Below, piece after piece: positions 63,204-64,000 of a stretch of 64,000 nt of DNA (positions within the stretch are counted from its first letter, which is position 1; each line of letters begins with the position of its first letter). The stretch spans positions 521,851 through 585,850 of the forward strand of contig CAJINV010000010.1 of assembly GCA_905178155.1 (NCBI GenBank), in the 5' to 3' direction. Source of the stretch: Amoebophrya sp. A120 (lineage: Eukaryota > Protista > Dinoflagellata). The position numbers were made by a program, and so were the translations under genes. Under the pieces are notes generated by a model. That model saw nothing but the letters and a program-made list of their open reading frames with translations. It was not told the DNA's origin and searched no databases.

Positions 63204-64000
63204 TCAGTACGTCACGAAAGACGACGGTTCCGGTGTGTCAGCTTGCTCCGCTGATTCGACGTCGTTCAAGCGGTCCATCTCATTGAGCTGCGTCGTCCAC
63301 TCCGACTCTTCCTGTTTCTTCACGCGCCGCACGTACTTGTTCAGGGGCGTAGAGTTTTTGATTTTAACGCCCCCCGCCTCCGCGTCCTCCTGTTGTCCTT
63401 GGTGCTCGTCCTGCTTTTGTTTATTCGCATTGACACTTCTGTCCACGTTTACGTCCGCCGATTCGACAATCTCGGCACGATCGTGGTCCTGGCTGTATCC
63501 TGAGTAAAAACCTCCCCACCTCAGAGTTAAGATGGGAATTTCGCTACACAAATCAACACGTTCTGGCTGCTGCGCATGACAAATTTGGCTCGTAGTGTGA
63601 GCCCATTTAGGTAGTGAAAGCTGCATAACAAATCGCCCATCTTATCCTGCTTCTAGCATGACAAGTTCCCAGGCAGCCATAGAAAGCGCTGCTTTGTGGC
63701 TCCTGCGCATGAGAAACATTTTCGGCATGCAGATGTGCATTACAAACCTGGTGCGGGGACCTTTTTACAGAGGATAGGCTGCCTTTGCTGCTCATTTTTT
63801 CCTCCTCCTTCGCATTTGTTGACAACGCCCCGGCGGTGGCCGCGGGGGGTTCTCCACTACGATCATCATCAAAACTGCGATCATCGCACACTGGCGCCGT
63901 GAAGATCATCTTCTTCTGCGAGGTCGTGGGTGAGCTACTTGAGGCTGACGTAGCTGGCCCGGAGCTGCTGCAGGCGCACATCCGACCGCCGAGTGTGGAG
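63204..64000 (-). CDS. 3' end of a hypothetical low-complexity protein
   Basis: ORFs 63607-63981 and 63204-63626 join in frame (SSKGS|QDHDRA) after removing element 63496. Confidence 0.6.
63496..63776. mobile_element. Introner family C (281 bp)
   Basis: TSD GGCTG. Confidence 0.93.

Noticed and set aside
911-63776. CRISPR array or bacterial IS/REP elements
   Set aside because: The repeats are paired inverted termini with TSDs inside eukaryotic genes; there is no regular direct repeat-spacer array and no cas or IS transposase gene.
911-63776. All interrupted genes are pseudogenes
   Set aside because: Exons of conserved housekeeping genes (RFC3, REI1, ACSL) keep intact frames and motifs, and TSD mismatches are synonymous or fall in the copy predicted to be discarded.

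Overview
Eukaryotic, alveolate-like genomic DNA. It resembles the parasitic dinoflagellate Amoebophrya, but that assignment is inferred from architecture only. About 12 genes or ORFs are present, all on the minus strand: a large pepsin-family aspartic protease, REI1/ZNF622, long-chain acyl-CoA synthetase, a multi-pass membrane protein, a TXNDC9/PhLP3-like protein, a two-U-box protein, an RFC3-like clamp-loader subunit and several unknowns. The dominant feature is about 62 mobile, non-canonical introns (introner-like elements, mostly 145-345 bp) in at least 10 terminal-inverted-repeat (TIR) families. They share TAT(C/G)...(G/C)ATA ends, a 5-bp target-site duplication (TSD) and a repeated internal TGT(C/G/A)ATGC motif. 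Wherever I checked, removing the element plus one TSD copy restores the reading frame, including catalytic motifs. TSD mismatches and end asymmetry point to a splice junction after TSD base 4, giving an N-TA donor and no AG requirement. A 2.6-kb element with the same ends (3915-6552) and two elements with nested inserts also occur. Coordinates were read by eye and may be off by 1-2 bp.
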